A DNA stretch of 46,765 nucleotides, taken from positions 1-46,765 of the forward strand of contig CAYWAD010000003.1 in NCBI GenBank assembly GCA_964456045.1. The letters are read 5' to 3'. The DNA comes from an uncultured Lachnospiraceae bacterium. Lineage in GTDB: Bacteria > Bacillota > Clostridia > Oscillospirales > CAG-272. Shown one piece after another: positions 46,484 to 46,765 of the stretch (its first letter is position 1; each line of letters starts with the position of its first letter). Below the pieces are notes generated by a model. The model ran no database searches. It had not been told where the DNA came from and saw nothing but the letters and a program-made list of their open reading frames with translations. A program made the translations under genes and the position numbers.

Positions 46484-46765
46484 TCAGAGCTGAACAAAGC
46501 CGAGCTTCCGTCTCACTTTGGACATCATCTTTGCCGCCGTGTGGGACGCTTTTTCGGCGCCGTCGCGCATAACGGACTCGAGATAAGCCTTGTCATTCAT
46601 AAGCTCACGGAAACGAGCCTGAACGGGAGCAAGCGTGTCCGCGCAAGCTTCACCGACCGCCAACTTAAAGTCGCCGTAGCCGCGACCTTCGAATTCGTGC
46701 TCGATCTCATCCGCGCTCTTTCCCGTGAAGCAGGAATAAATCGTGATAAGATTGTTGATGCCGTC
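46484..46765 (-). CDS. trpS: Tryptophan--tRNA ligase, 3' end
   Basis: Manual translation GINNLITIY...GYGDFKLAV...GAEKA....A..M..VRRKLGF, typical TrpRS C-terminus. Confidence 0.9.
   Translation of the reverse strand, partial: DGINNLITIYSCFTGKSADEIEHEFEGRGYGDFKLAVGEACADTLAPVQARFRELMNDKAYLESVMRDGAEKASHTAAKMMSKVRRKLGFVQL

Overview
A gene-dense, mostly housekeeping chromosomal segment of a spore-forming clostridial Firmicute (Oscillospirales-like by gene content; inference). In order: cdaA-cdaR-recJ-rel-dtd-hemZ-MOP flippase-mazG; hup-yabO-yabP-yabQ-divIC; a minus-strand pair (membrane protein and degenerate SGNH lipoprotein); nusB-TsaD paralog-xseAB-ispA-tlyA-nadK-argR-recN; tyrS-HAD-murB-whiA-dnaE; a bofC-like gene; class A PBP; DUF4430-like lipoprotein; D,D-carboxypeptidase; pgi; rplU-prp-rpmA; an accessory block (truncated RyR-domain gene, SEL1-like/metzincin protease, TerB-like, sirtuin, luxS, mtnN); an orphan phosphoglycosyl transferase; and the 3' end of trpS. 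I saw no rRNA, tRNA, CRISPR array or transposase. The best candidate for a new system is a convergent gene pair (37.7-39.6 kb), each gene with a sigma-K-like promoter. One encodes a Cys-rich coat-like protein. The other encodes a signal-peptide-less DUF11-like protein whose repeats are circularly permuted, so its N-terminal strands (Asn6) could complete the truncated C-terminal domain of another subunit, predicting an isopeptide-cross-linked spore fibre. The second candidate is a decayed RyR/SEL1-metalloprotease/TerB/Sir2 locus. All calls come from reading motifs by eye; no searches were run.
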